A DNA stretch of 64,000 bases from Eledone cirrhosa. Taxonomy: Eukaryota. Position numbers and translations under genes: made by a program. Positions 1 to 12,320 of this stretch are shown here, one piece after another. Below the pieces are notes generated by a model. That model saw nothing but the letters and a program-made list of their open reading frames with translations. It made no database searches and was not told the DNA's origin. Within the stretch, counting starts at the first letter, position 1, and each line of letters opens with the position of its first letter. Location: contig OZ024757.1 in NCBI GenBank assembly GCA_964016885.1, positions 39,060,001 through 39,124,000 on the forward strand, in the 5' to 3' direction.

Positions 1-888
1 TGTTTGTTTGTTTGGTTGATTTTCTTTTTTTCAGTTGTTACTCTTGTTGATGTTTTGTTCTAATGTGTATGTAAGTATGTGTCACTTTCTTGTATGTAAT
101 GCTTATACTCAAAATACGTGTATGCGTCTTTCTGTGTGTGTATTTATGTGTGTATAACAGTGTGTCTGTTTCTCAATGTATATGTATGCGTTTCAGTGTC
201 TACGCCTGTATAAATGGGAGACATTTTAGATATAATCAAAAAAAAATTAAAAGAAACAAACACATTAGCAGCATCAACACAAATAACAATAAAACCAGCA
301 ATAACAAGAAAAGAATTGATCTCTAAACTTTCAATACAATAACGGATGGATTTTTTTTTTTCTAATTTCAGTTGAACGTATCCCTATTATATAGATATCA
401 AAGTCCTTCCAAAGTAGAATTCAATACGCGCTAATGCACCGAGCACTACTCAGCGTTATTGTTTTAGAGACTAAGTTGCTATTGTAATATTGTATTCTCT
501 TTCACATTAGTTCTTTTTGTTTTGATAATATATCAGAGCGAAGGAGCAGTATTTATTGTCTGCTCATGTTATTGAGTGATTTTCATACGTAGCGTTAGTA
601 CTAGTAGAAATTGGTAGTGGTACTCGAAGTGATAATAGTAAAGGTTGTATTAGTAGTAGTAGCGGTAGTGTTGGTTGTGGTGGTCATGAGGATGATAACA
701 ACGATGATGATGATGATGATTATGATGAGAATAATAAAACCAGTTCCCAATAACTTTCATCTTTTCTGATATATATTACTTCTGGATCGATACATCAGTG
801 TATATTCCCTGGTCCACTCTCTATAAAGGTGTGAATATATATGGGTGTATGTATGTATGTATATATATATATATATATATACGTATAT

Positions 889-932
<44 letters not shown>

Positions 933-961
933 CGTATATATATATATAATATATATATATA

Positions 962-1146
962 CGTTATTCCGGGTTGAATCGGAGGTAACCACAGTAAGTA
1001 AGGTACTCAATACATAGCAGAGTATAATAGTTTTAATATAGATGAGATTCTACAGGACTAGAACTGTTTCATTCATTAGAAATCATCAGGATTCCTGATG
1101 ATTTCTAATGAATGAAACAGTTCTAGTCCTGTAGAATCTCATCTAT

Positions 1147-1150
<4 letters not shown>
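962..1150 (-). mobile_element. Family A fold-back hammerhead element (Penelope-like terminus) in (TA)n
   Basis: Perfect ~117-bp palindrome 1034-1150 centred at 1092, plus a ~70-bp tail (minus strand: gtattgagtaccttacttactgtggttacctccgattcaacccggaataac). (TA)n on both sides. Homologous copies at 2722, 34069, 41158 and 51977. Confidence 0.8.
1090..1138 (+). ncRNA. Type I hammerhead ribozyme motif (family A)
   Basis: gattc-CTGATGA-t ttc taat gaa t-GAAA-cag ttctagtc ctg-TA-gaatc. Stem I gattc/gaatc, stem III cag/ctg, GUA cleavage triplet. A mirror copy lies on the minus strand in the left arm. Confidence 0.75.
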
Positions 1151-1212
<62 letters not shown>

Positions 1213-1231
1213 ATACATACATACACATATA

Positions 1232-1309
<78 letters not shown>

Positions 1310-1399
1310 TATATATATATATATGCATATATATATATATATGCATATATATATATATATGCATATATATATATATATGCATATATATATATATATGCA

Positions 1400-1449
<50 letters not shown>

Positions 1450-1450
1450 C

Positions 1451-1507
<57 letters not shown>

Positions 1508-1511
1508 CACA

Positions 1512-1551
<40 letters not shown>

Positions 1552-1630
1552 CATATATATACATATACATACATATATATTCATACATATACATTCATAC
1601 ATATATACATACATATATATGAATACATAC

Positions 1631-1663
<33 letters not shown>

Positions 1664-1760
1664 CATATAAATATGCAATATATACATACGCACACACATA
1701 CATACACATATATATATATATGTATATACATACGTATATATGTATATACATACATATATA
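1151..1760. repeat. Compound (TA)n/(TACA)n microsatellite
   Basis: Directly visible; source of the YIYI ORFs. Confidence 0.95.
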
Positions 1761-2147
1761 ATGCGTGTTGTGTCTTGCATTTAATGGCTTACATAATGAT
1801 AGGTTATTTCGAGGCTGTTGATGATATTATTGAATTAAATACACCGATGTTTATTTTAGATCGTAATAATATGCTTTTAGTTTCTGCCCATCATGCTTTA
1901 TTTGTGGAAATCTCCCAAAGCCATTTGCATTAAAACGGTAATGCATAAAATAATTGGGTGTGTATTATATCAATCATTCTAATCAGTGAAAAGTTTCACA
2001 AATTATTGACTTCCATACCCTGTATCAATATCATAGATGTTATGTTTCCACTTTCGTACTATTGATTTTTTTAAATTTCTTTTTACAAGATCAACAACGT
2101 TTTTAAGGGAGTGGAACTTTGTATATATATATATATATATATATATA

Positions 2148-2336
2148 GTGAAAAGTCCCGACGGCAGAGCTCAAGCCGTTTTGACGGCTATTTCTGAGTC
2201 CAGATATAGCTGTCGAAACGGCTTGAGCTCTGAGGTCGAGGGTCATACTTTTTCCTATTAACCACTCTACTACCCTAAGTATTGAGTACTCTGGTGCGTT
2301 ATGGTCCATCTGGTTCCTTACCACAACTCCTTCGTT
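2148..2336 (+). mobile_element. Family B fold-back element (hammerhead 3' half plus TTGAGTAC tail)
   Basis: Imperfect palindrome gacggcagagctcaagccgtt...gaaacggcttgagctctg, followed by tail ccactctactaccctaagtattgagtactctggtgcgttatggtcc...ttaccac. Flanked by (TA)n; about 10 copies in the window. Confidence 0.8.
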
Positions 2337-2371
2337 ATATATATATATAAGTATATATGTGTGTATATATA

Positions 2372-2485
2372 TAGTAATACTAATAAATGCGAAGACTAAA
2401 ATCCAAAGAGGCCTCGATAAGGATAAATATATATCAAATATATACGAACCCTAGAGCAAATATTTATCAATCTGTTATTTAAATG
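2372..2485 (-). mobile_element. Family C element terminus in (TA)n
   Basis: Reverse-complement homology to 51819-51931; ends shared with 36687-36790 and 62930-63030 (gaagactaaaatcc, aatctgttattt). Confidence 0.65.
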
Positions 2486-2583
2486 CATATATGTATATAT
2501 ATATATTACTATATTTTTCATATGTTGATTTAAAACTTCACTGCTCACAAATGTTTTTTAAGCTTCATATCATGTCTCCCTAT

Positions 2584-2648
2584 TTTATCTGATGAGAATG
2601 CAGATATCATCCCATGATGATATTTTTTTTGGAAATGCGCATAATAAA
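2584..2648 (+). ncRNA. Type I hammerhead ribozyme motif (family G; host element ~2520-2686)
   Basis: tttat-CTGATGA-[stem II containing atatcatc/gatgatat]-GAAA-tgcgca-TA-ataaa. Palindromic stem III; second copy at 40603-40666. Confidence 0.7.
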
Positions 2649-2683
2649 GTACATGGAACGCTTTTAACCATCTTTTGATCTCG

Positions 2684-2721
<38 letters not shown>

Positions 2722-2724
<3 letters not shown>

Positions 2725-3121
2725 TATCCCGGGTTCAATCGGGGGTAACCAGAGTAAGTAAGGTACTCAATACAAAGCAGAGTATAAATATTTAATATAG
2801 AATTGGCGTCTACAGGACTAGAACTGTTTCATTCGGGAGCATAAATGAACCTTAAAAATAAGGAGCGCCTCTCAGTGTGTTCGGGTTTGTCTACAGTTAC
2901 TTAGCTTGAATTTGTTCTGCTTTTGTTTCTCTACATATAGTTTTTAAAGAATCCTCGTTCTTTAAAGCCATAAACCAAAGACCTCCAACAATCCCAATCA
3001 CCGCAATCTCCTACCACCAGGAAATGTATAAATACCACCATATTACTTGGACAATCGGCTTCCTAATGATTTCTCCCGAATAAAACAGTTCTAGTCCTAT
3101 AGAAGGGATTTCTATACTAAA
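2722..3121. mobile_element. Family A element, longer copy with ~220 bp of extra upstream sequence and a decayed hammerhead
   Basis: Tail and partial ribozyme on the minus strand (2722-2838). Decayed plus-strand motif ggcttc-ctaatga-tttctcccgaat-aaaa-cagttctagtcct-ata-gaag near 3058-3105. (TA)n flanks. Confidence 0.7.
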
Positions 3122-3249
3122 TATATATATATATATATATATAATGTATAATAGACAATACAATATAATTACCTCATTACCAGAGGTTTCCCGAATAAGA
3201 CGAATACGAAAAACGTTCTCATTCGTTCGTCCGACAAGGCAATTTAATC

Positions 3250-3292
<43 letters not shown>

Positions 3293-3295
3293 TAT

Positions 3296-3347
3296 GAAAA
3301 TGTTTGACCCCGACGGCAGGGCTTAAACCGTTTCGACGGCTATTTCA
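3296..3347. mobile_element. Family B fragment
   Basis: gaccccgacggcagggcttaaaccgtttcgacggctatttc between TA repeats. Confidence 0.65.
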
Positions 3348-3543
3348 TATATACACATATACATACATATACATATATATGCACATATACATACATATAT
3401 ATATATATTTATATTTATATATATATGTATATGTATGTATATGTATGTATATATATGCATATATATGTATATATATGTATATATATGTATATATATGTGT
3501 ATATATATATGTATGTATGTATATATATATGTATGTATATATA

Positions 3544-3999
3544 TCAAAGGGCAAACAGCTCTTAAGAGTCAATGGCCATCCAGAATCACCGGGAGAGATG
3601 ACCCCTTAGCCTTTGTCAAGGCAGAATTCTAGGAGAAGGAAAACTCTGATATAACACCTGCAACCCTGATGGTATCCAATGATGTTGACTTGTTCTTCTT
3701 TTTGGTAAATATCATCTTGGTTAAGAGAGTGGGACTGGCTTTGTGCAGTGCCTTTGCTCACTATAAAAGCTTCACGGCACAGGCATTGCTTTATATCTGG
3801 AGATCTCTCTGCACTTGTCGTCACATGGTACCATGGGCCTAGCACTATGTGTCAATAATTGTCACAAGTGTAGTGTTTGTACCAGAGTTTTCAAGTCGCT
3901 GGCTGGACTAAAAAGTCAGTCATTCAGCGCATCGGTAGAGGTTCTCCTACATGGATATGAAGTAGTGGCCGTACTCGAAAACGAGTTGGCAGCCACCAT
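3544..3999 (+). mobile_element. Non-autonomous bipartite RTE-derived element, 5'-truncated copy
   Basis: Near-identical to 6167-6627 and 27812-28271. Contains ctaggagaaggaaaactctg and a relic CxxC-x12-H zinc finger ([19 protein letters not shown]); ends in a TATG/TA tail. Confidence 0.7.
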
Positions 4000-4146
4000 G
4001 TATATATATATATGTATATATATATATGTATATATATATATGTATATATATATATGTATGTATATATATATATGTATATATATATATGTATATATATATA
4101 TGTATATATATATGTATGTATATATATATATGTATATATATATATG

Positions 4147-4186
<40 letters not shown>

Positions 4187-4402
4187 TATGTATATATATA
4201 TATGTATATATATATATGTATATATATATATGTATATATATATATGTATATATATATATGTATATATAAATGTATGTATATATATGTATGTATGTATGTA
4301 TATATATGTAAGTATGTATATATATGTATGTATGTATATATATATGTATGTATATATATATATGTATATATATATGTATATATATATGTATGTATATATA
4401 TG

Positions 4403-4473
<71 letters not shown>

Positions 4474-4582
4474 GTATATATATATGTATATATATATATA
4501 TATGTATGTATATATATATGTATATATATATGTATGTATATATATATGTATATATATATATATATGTATGTATATATATATG

Positions 4583-4647
<65 letters not shown>

Positions 4648-4732
4648 GCATATATATATATATGCATATATATATATATATGTATATATGTATATATATG
4701 TATATGTATATGTATATATATATATGTATATG

Positions 4733-4825
<93 letters not shown>

Positions 4826-4874
4826 GTATATATATGTATATGTATATATATGTATATGTATATATATGTATATG

Positions 4875-4959
<85 letters not shown>

Positions 4960-4992
4960 GTATATATATATGTATATATATATATATATGTG

Positions 4993-5055
<63 letters not shown>

Positions 5056-5420
5056 GTATATGTATATATATGTATATATATATATATGTATATATATGTA
5101 TATATGTATATATATGTATATATATGTATATATGTATATATATGTATATATGTATATATGTATATATGTATATATATATATATGTATATATGTATATATG
5201 TATATATATATATATGTATATATGTATATATGTATATATATATATATGTATATATGTATATATGTATATATATGTATATATGTATATATGTATATATATG
5301 TATATATGTATATATGTATATATATGTATATATGTATATATGTATATATCTATATATATGTATATATGTATATATCTATATATATGTATATATGTATATA
5401 TCTATATATATGTATATATG

Positions 5421-5457
<37 letters not shown>

Positions 5458-5466
5458 GTATATATG

Positions 5467-5525
<59 letters not shown>

Positions 5526-5534
5526 GTATATATG

Positions 5535-5625
<91 letters not shown>

Positions 5626-5982
5626 ATATATATATGTATATATGTATATATATATATGTATATATATATATGTATATATATATGTATATATATGTATATA
5701 TATATGTATATATATATGTATATATATGTATATATATATATATATATATGTGTATATATATATATATATGTGTGTATATATATATATATGTGTGTATATA
5801 TATATATATATGTGTATATATATATGTATATATATATGTATATATGTATATATTTGTATATATATATGTATATATATATATATGTGTGTATATATATATA
5901 TATATGTGTATATATATATGTATATATATATGTATATATGTATATATTTGTATATATATATGTATATATATATATATGTATG

Positions 5983-6013
<31 letters not shown>

Positions 6014-6018
6014 GTATG
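4000..6018. repeat. ~2-kb (TA)n/TATG compound microsatellite
   Basis: Directly visible; lies between two RTE-derived copies. Confidence 0.95.
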
Positions 6019-6627
6019 TCAGGTCACCACTTGGTGCTACTGGTAACATGTATCCCAGTACAACCTGTCTCATGGTCGGGTCGTTGGCGTCTAAACTGGC
6101 AACCCCACCAAGGTTTCTTGGTGAGGAGGGTGACTTTGGACATCCTGCAGGACTAAAAACAAAACCTGTCAAAGGGCAAAGGAGCTCTTAAGAGTCAATG
6201 GCCATCCAAAATCACTGGGAGAGATGACCCCTTAGCCTTTGTCAAGGCAGAATTCTAGGAGAAGGAAAACTCTGATATAACACCTGCAACCCTGATGGTA
6301 TCCAATGATGTTGACTTGTTCTTCTTTTTGGTAAATATCATCTTGGTTAAGAGAGTGGGACTGGCTTTGTGCAGTGCCTTTGCTCACTATAAAAGCTTCA
6401 TGGCACAGGCATTGCTTTATATCTGGAGATCTCTCTGCACTTGTCGTCACATAGTACCATGGGCCCAGCACTATGTGTCAGTAATTGTCACAAGTGTAGT
6501 GTTTGTACCAGAGCTTTCAAGTCGCTGGCTGGACTAAAAAGTCACACTCGTCCAGCGCATCGGTAGGGGTTCTCCTACATGGATATAAAATAGTGGCCGA
6601 ACTCGAAAACGAGTTGGCAGCCACCAT
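6019..6627 (+). mobile_element. Non-autonomous bipartite RTE-derived element, apparently full-length (~610 bp)
   Basis: Same 5' start (tcaggtca) as the copy at 27678. RTE-like 5' motif ctaggagaaggaaaactctg. 6489-6566 encodes [25 protein letters not shown], a C2H2 finger typical of RTE ORF C-termini. 3' hairpin ctcg-aaaa-cgag, then a simple-repeat tail. Confidence 0.7.
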
Positions 6628-6674
6628 ATATATGTATGTATATATATATGTAGGTATATATATGTATGTATATG

Positions 6675-6734
<60 letters not shown>

Positions 6735-7232
6735 TATGTATGTATATATATATATGTGTGTGTATGTATGTATATGTATGTATATATATGTATGTACATA
6801 TGTATATATATATGTATATATATATGTATGTGTATATATATATATGTATGTGTATATATATATATATATGTATGTGTATATATATGTATATATATATGTA
6901 TATATATGTATATATATATATGTATATATATATGTATATATATGTATATATATATGTATGTATATATATATGTATATATATATGTATGTGTATATATATA
7001 TGTATGTATATGTATGTGTATATATATATATATATATGTATGTGTATATATATATATATATATGTATGTGTATATATATATATATGTATGTGTATATATA
7101 TATATATGTATGTGTATATATATATATGTATGTGTATATATATATATGTATGTATATATATATATGTATGTATATATATATATATATGTATGTATATATA
7201 TATATATGTATGTATATATATATATATGTATG

Positions 7233-7265
<33 letters not shown>

Positions 7266-7427
7266 GTATGTGTATATATATATATATATATGTATGTGTA
7301 TATATATATATATATATGTATGTGTATATATATATGTATGTGTATATATATATGTATGTGTATATATATATATATGTATGTGTATATATATGTATATATA
7401 TATATATATATATAATATGTATGTATG
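6628..7427. repeat. (TATG)n/(TA)n microsatellite
   Basis: Directly visible; continuous with the RTE-derived element tail. Confidence 0.95.
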
Positions 7428-7689
7428 CACAAATGAAACAGGTCACATAGAATGGGAAAGAATTATACATTTAAACAAATATAAAATAGATCATGTGACG
7501 GAGACCACGAACAAGGAAGAAATAATATACATCTGTACATTTACATCTATATCTCGGCGCGTGTGTATAAATATACGCAAGTAAATTACGTGTATTTTGA
7601 ATAGATATTATGAACATAAAATATTCTGGAATGCGACCTATAGGAAAGAAGTCCCGTTTAAGGCATAGAAAGTAGAAACAGAAACATGA

Positions 7690-7958
7690 TAGTGATATTG
7701 AAGGTGGTGGTTGGTTTGGTGGTGATGGTGATAATGGTGATGAGGGTGATGGTAGTAGTGGAGGTGTTATTAATCATAAATATGATGATGAAGATGATGG
7801 TGGTACCAATGATTGTGGTAGTGGTTTTGGTGGTGGCGTTGGTGGTGTTAGAGATGAGGTTGATAATGGTGATTGTGGTGGAGGTGGCGGTAATGATGGA
7901 AATGATTATGGTGGTGGCAAGGACGATGCTAATGCAGTCGTAGTAGTAGTAGTAGTAT
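7690..7958. repeat. Degenerate (GGT/GAT/TAG)n trinucleotide low-complexity region
   Basis: Directly visible. Confidence 0.85.
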
Positions 7959-8490
7959 TGGAAAGGAAAGTATACAGCAAGGGAGAGAGAACTCTTTAAT
8001 ATATCAAAATAACAGGAAAACAATTTAACACACGTCTTCGATGCATAGATTGCAGTTTTAAAGACAGGTTCGATATAGAAAGCACGTGCTTTTTATTGAA
8101 TTGTGCCAGATCAATTTCAGCTCTGCTAAGGCATATCCAACTTCGCTAATGTTTCACATATAGGTTATTGTTGTTCCTCATCTACTTGGTTGTGTTTTTG
8201 TCATTTTATTCTTGTGAGTGCACATGTCATTCTTGTGTGTTGCTTGACACCGTCAACCATTCCACCCCCACCCCCCGCTATTTCATTTTTTTATGCTCCT
8301 TATCCACAATTCCCCCTGGTTTCATTCTGCACTTATGTTGCCAACCCAACAATGTAACTTATTTTATAACACTTATAACAAATAATTCTACTATCGCATA
8401 AATATATATATATATATATATGTATATATAGGTATATATATAGGTATACAGGTATATCTATGTATAGGCTTATATATGTATAGGTATATA

Positions 8491-8529
<39 letters not shown>

Positions 8530-8611
8530 ATAAATAGTGTGTATATATATAAATATATATAAACATAAACTTGGTATATATATATATGTATATATATATA
8601 AACATAAACAT

Positions 8612-8649
<38 letters not shown>

Positions 8650-8661
8650 AACGTAAACATG

Positions 8662-8702
<41 letters not shown>

Positions 8703-9074
8703 AAAATGGAACGGGAATATATATATATAAAGAGAGAGAGAGAGAGATGTAATTATGTGTATATCGTTCAGTCTTACCCGGAAGGTGTTACAGAAATTAA
8801 TATGATCATAAATATATATATATATATAACACTGCTGCAAACCAAACAATGGAGAAATGCATAAAAAACAACAGATGAAACAAAAAAAACAAAGAAAATA
8901 AAGAATAACATAAATAACAATACACCCAACTATATATAGCAACAACAACATTTGCAATCCCAGAAATAATGACTAACAGCGGTAAAAGACGAAATGTACA
9001 TGTACATCGTTGTAGACAAAACAACAGCTATGTTTTATAAATGTATAGCATGTAAGATATATATATATATATAC

Positions 9075-9522
9075 AATATATTATTAAATGGAGACTATAT
9101 TTATAAAACCATATTTATTTTATTATATATATTTCAAGAGCGATCAAGGTAATTTATGGTGCGCTTTCATCAGATAAAATACAGATTTGTTTTATAAATA
9201 AATAAATATTGACATACCCGGAAAAAAGACATCCTCAACGGTTGAAATTCGAATTCCAGCGAATTTCAACCGTTGAGGTTGTCTTTTTTCCGGGTATGTC
9301 AATATTTATTTATAAAACAAATATGTATTTTATCTGATGAAAGCGCACCATAAATTACCTTGATCGCCCTTGAAATATATATAATAAAATAATTATGGTT
9401 TTATAAATATAGTTTCCATTTAATAATATATTATATTTACTCCACTAACTTGTTGAGTGCTTTATATCAGTTATAAAAATGTTTAAGCTAGTTGAATCCC
9501 AACAAATTAAATATAACCTCTG
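9075..9522 (+). mobile_element. Family H fold-back hammerhead element with ~175-bp inverted arms
   Basis: Arms 9075-9251 and 9260-9432, 8-bp spacer, few mismatches. The right arm continues into a tail containing ttgagtgc. TA repeats on both flanks. Confidence 0.8.
9326..9391 (+). ncRNA. Type I hammerhead ribozyme motif (family H); mirror copy on minus strand at 9116-9181
   Basis: tattttat-CTGATGA-aagcg...cgccctt-GAAA-tatata-TA-ataaaata. 8-bp stem I, palindromic stem III. Confidence 0.72.
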
Positions 9523-9934
9523 CATATATATATGTGTGTGTGCGTGTGTATGTATGTATGTATATATGTCAGTATGTCTGAAAGTATGTGTATATATACG
9601 TCAATATGTATGAAACTGTGAGTGTATGTGTATTTACATTTGTCACTTTGTATGAATCTATGTTTGGGTGTATATATGTATATATGTGTACGTATGTATG
9701 TATATATGTACGTATGTATATATATATGTATGTGTACGTATGTATGTATATATGTACGTATGTATATATATATGTATGTGTACGTATGTATATATATATG
9801 TGTATGTATATATTTACGTGTGTGTGTGTGTGTGTGTGTGTGATTGGCGTTGTGCGTGGCGTTCGCAAAAATGATTGACGTAGACGTGGTGATGCCCCAG
9901 CCTGGCCGCAGTCTACATTAATAACAGGAAAATA

Positions 9935-10118
9935 TTTGTTTCTACATTTGGCACAAGGCCAGCAATTACCCAGTGCATTACTGGTACTTTATTCTATCGA
10001 CCCCGTAAGGATGAAAGGTAAAGTTAACCTCGGCAGGATTTGAACTCAGACTGTAAAGGAACGTAACTATGTCGGAAAGCATGGCGTCCGACCCTCTACC
10101 GATACTGCCAATCCACCG
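9935..10118 (-). mobile_element. tRNA-derived SINE with Nin/Deu-type domain (dominant family)
   Basis: Minus strand reads ggtggattggcagtatcggtagag (A box) ... gagttcaaatcc (B box) ... cctttcatccttacggggtcgata...agtaccag ... ggccttgtgcc. Confidence 0.85.
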
Positions 10119-10705
10119 ATAACAGCGGAAATAATAAGACGAATAAATAGGCTCCACTATAGGCTCCACTCTTTTGATTTACCGTGGAGAAGGTGATGGT
10201 GGGGGTTAACTGATTGTTATGAGATTTGAGAAACGTGCTTAAGACGAGGTCACGTTACTTAACGTTGCAGATGGCGTTTGATTGAAAGTAAACTTCGTGT
10301 GTGGGTGTAGGAAATTCATTCCAAACCATGTTACTATATTTTTCTCTGAGGCCACCTAGAAGGAATCAATCAAAGTAGATTTTTCTCTATAGTAGTCATT
10401 TTCTTTTCTTCTTCTTCATCGTCTTCTTCCTTGTCTTCTTTTTCTTCGTCGTCTTCTTAATCTTCTTTCTTCTTATTCTTATTATTCTTCTTATCCTTCT
10501 TCATTGTCTTTTTCTTTCTCTGCTTCTACTTCTTCTTCCGACATTTTTCACCACATATAATTCTGCATCCTTATTATAACTTCCATCACTGGATTTGAGT
10601 TTTAGTCTTCGTTTTACACTTCAACGGAAAAAAAGTCATTTTGAGTGAAATCTGAATAATATTCAAACTAGGGCAAATGTACATATATAAATGTATAACT
10701 CCCCA

Positions 10706-10763
<58 letters not shown>

Positions 10764-10772
10764 GAGAGAGAA

Positions 10773-10800
<28 letters not shown>

Positions 10801-10803
<3 letters not shown>

Positions 10804-10999
10804 TTTCTGAATTTGTTTGAAGAGGTCACATGTGTGACGAAAGAACTTTGACAATATATGAACAATCGTCTGGTTGTGGAACCAACCAACCAACCGGAAA
10901 TTTATAAATTCCTAAATTTATAAATGTTATTTATAATAAATTGAAGTAAAGCAACTGGTGCGTGTGTATCTTATTGGCAACATGACCCTCCCAAAGTAT

Positions 11000-11034
<35 letters not shown>

Positions 11035-11065
11035 GTTATACTTTGGGAGGGTCATGTTGCCAATA
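10801..11065 (+). mobile_element. Family D element with decayed hammerhead, plus an inverted copy of its 3' end
   Basis: ttgt-TTGAAGA-g gtcac atgt gtgac-GAAA...acaa at 10813-10854. The terminus tattggcaacatgaccctcccaaagtataac (10972-11002) is repeated inverted at 11033-11065 across (TA)n; also seen near 37636 and 63802. Confidence 0.55.
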
Positions 11066-12098
11066 TATATATATAGGCTATATATATATAGGCAGCAGCG
11101 AGCGTTTGAGATTCTGTTCTGCCTACTCGATTCACTTTCCTTTTGACCATGATCATAGAATGTGTAACTTGCGATCGGGCATCACGTTTTGCCAAACTCT
11201 TCGAGATACGAAGTGGGTGAGAGTGCCGTGAATGTAATCCAAATAAAACCATAGTACAACAGGTTTAAAGAAGCCCAAATATTGAATGGGGGCAACCAGC
11301 CTTCCGAGTAGCCCCGGAAAATATAAGCAAATCAATACGGAACTGTAATCTACTCGTCAGAAATTATACATAAACTATGTTCAGAGACGAGCTAATTTTG
11401 TTTTGAAATATGTCATCTTGTGTAATTCCTCATGTGTGAATATTACTAAGATACCAAACTACTGATCCTAGTATCAAGCAATTCATGTTCAAATCTGTGT
11501 AACATACACATAACTAGCCTAATTGACCATTTGAGTGTTAAATATAGTAGACATAACGAATAACAAGGCTGTATTATATGACTTTATAGTTCTCATAACG
11601 ATGTCTCATCTGTCGTCAGTTTAAATGCCATAAATTAATTCAATAGCTTTGACCTTTGCTGATAATAATATCGCCATCAATGAAAAATCTATTTCATCAG
11701 CCACGCTTTCTAGAGTTTCTCATTAGTAGCTTGCTTCTGTGATCAAAGTGCATTTATCAAATATAAATGAAAATATATGAATAGCCAGTGTTCGATTTTG
11801 GTAGCATTGGATATTTCAGTCGGGTCTCTACGTTCTGAGTTCAAATCCCATCGAGGTCACCTTTCCTCTGCAACTTGTTTTATTCGAGCTCTCTTTAAAA
11901 TGTTATATCTCGGTGCTGTGGCAGTTTTCTCTTTCTCACTCCTCCCAGTAGTAACATCTCAGATGTCACACTGAATGAAAGACGTGAGGTGTATCGGATT
12001 GTTCATAGCTGCACAACCTTGCATGGAGAACTAAAACCATTTGAGGAAAGAATGGTGCCTAGTACCAAATTACACTTGTTTACGAGTAACGGATGTGG

Positions 12099-12134
<36 letters not shown>

Positions 12135-12201
12135 GAAAGTGAACACAAAATATAACTACTCCATATAACTAAAACATGCACATATATATATATAAATGTA
12201 T

Positions 12202-12320
12202 AATTATTTCTACTTTTTGGCACAAGGCCAGCACTTATCCCAGTACATTACTGCTACTTTATTTTATCGACCCCATAAGGATGAAAGGCAAAGTTAACCT
12301 CGGCGGGATTTGAACTCAGA
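12202..12320 (-). mobile_element. Dominant SINE, 5'-truncated or interrupted
   Basis: Same consensus; stops at the B box. Confidence 0.8.

Noticed and set aside
3815-6191. Long ORFs of 600-743 aa and all other [12 protein letters not shown] ORFs
   Set aside because: Stop-free translations of TA/TG/CA microsatellites; no coding signal.
6489-6566. C2H2 zinc finger as a host gene exon
   Set aside because: Single finger inside a three-copy repeat, frame-disrupted upstream, and matching an RTE ORF end.
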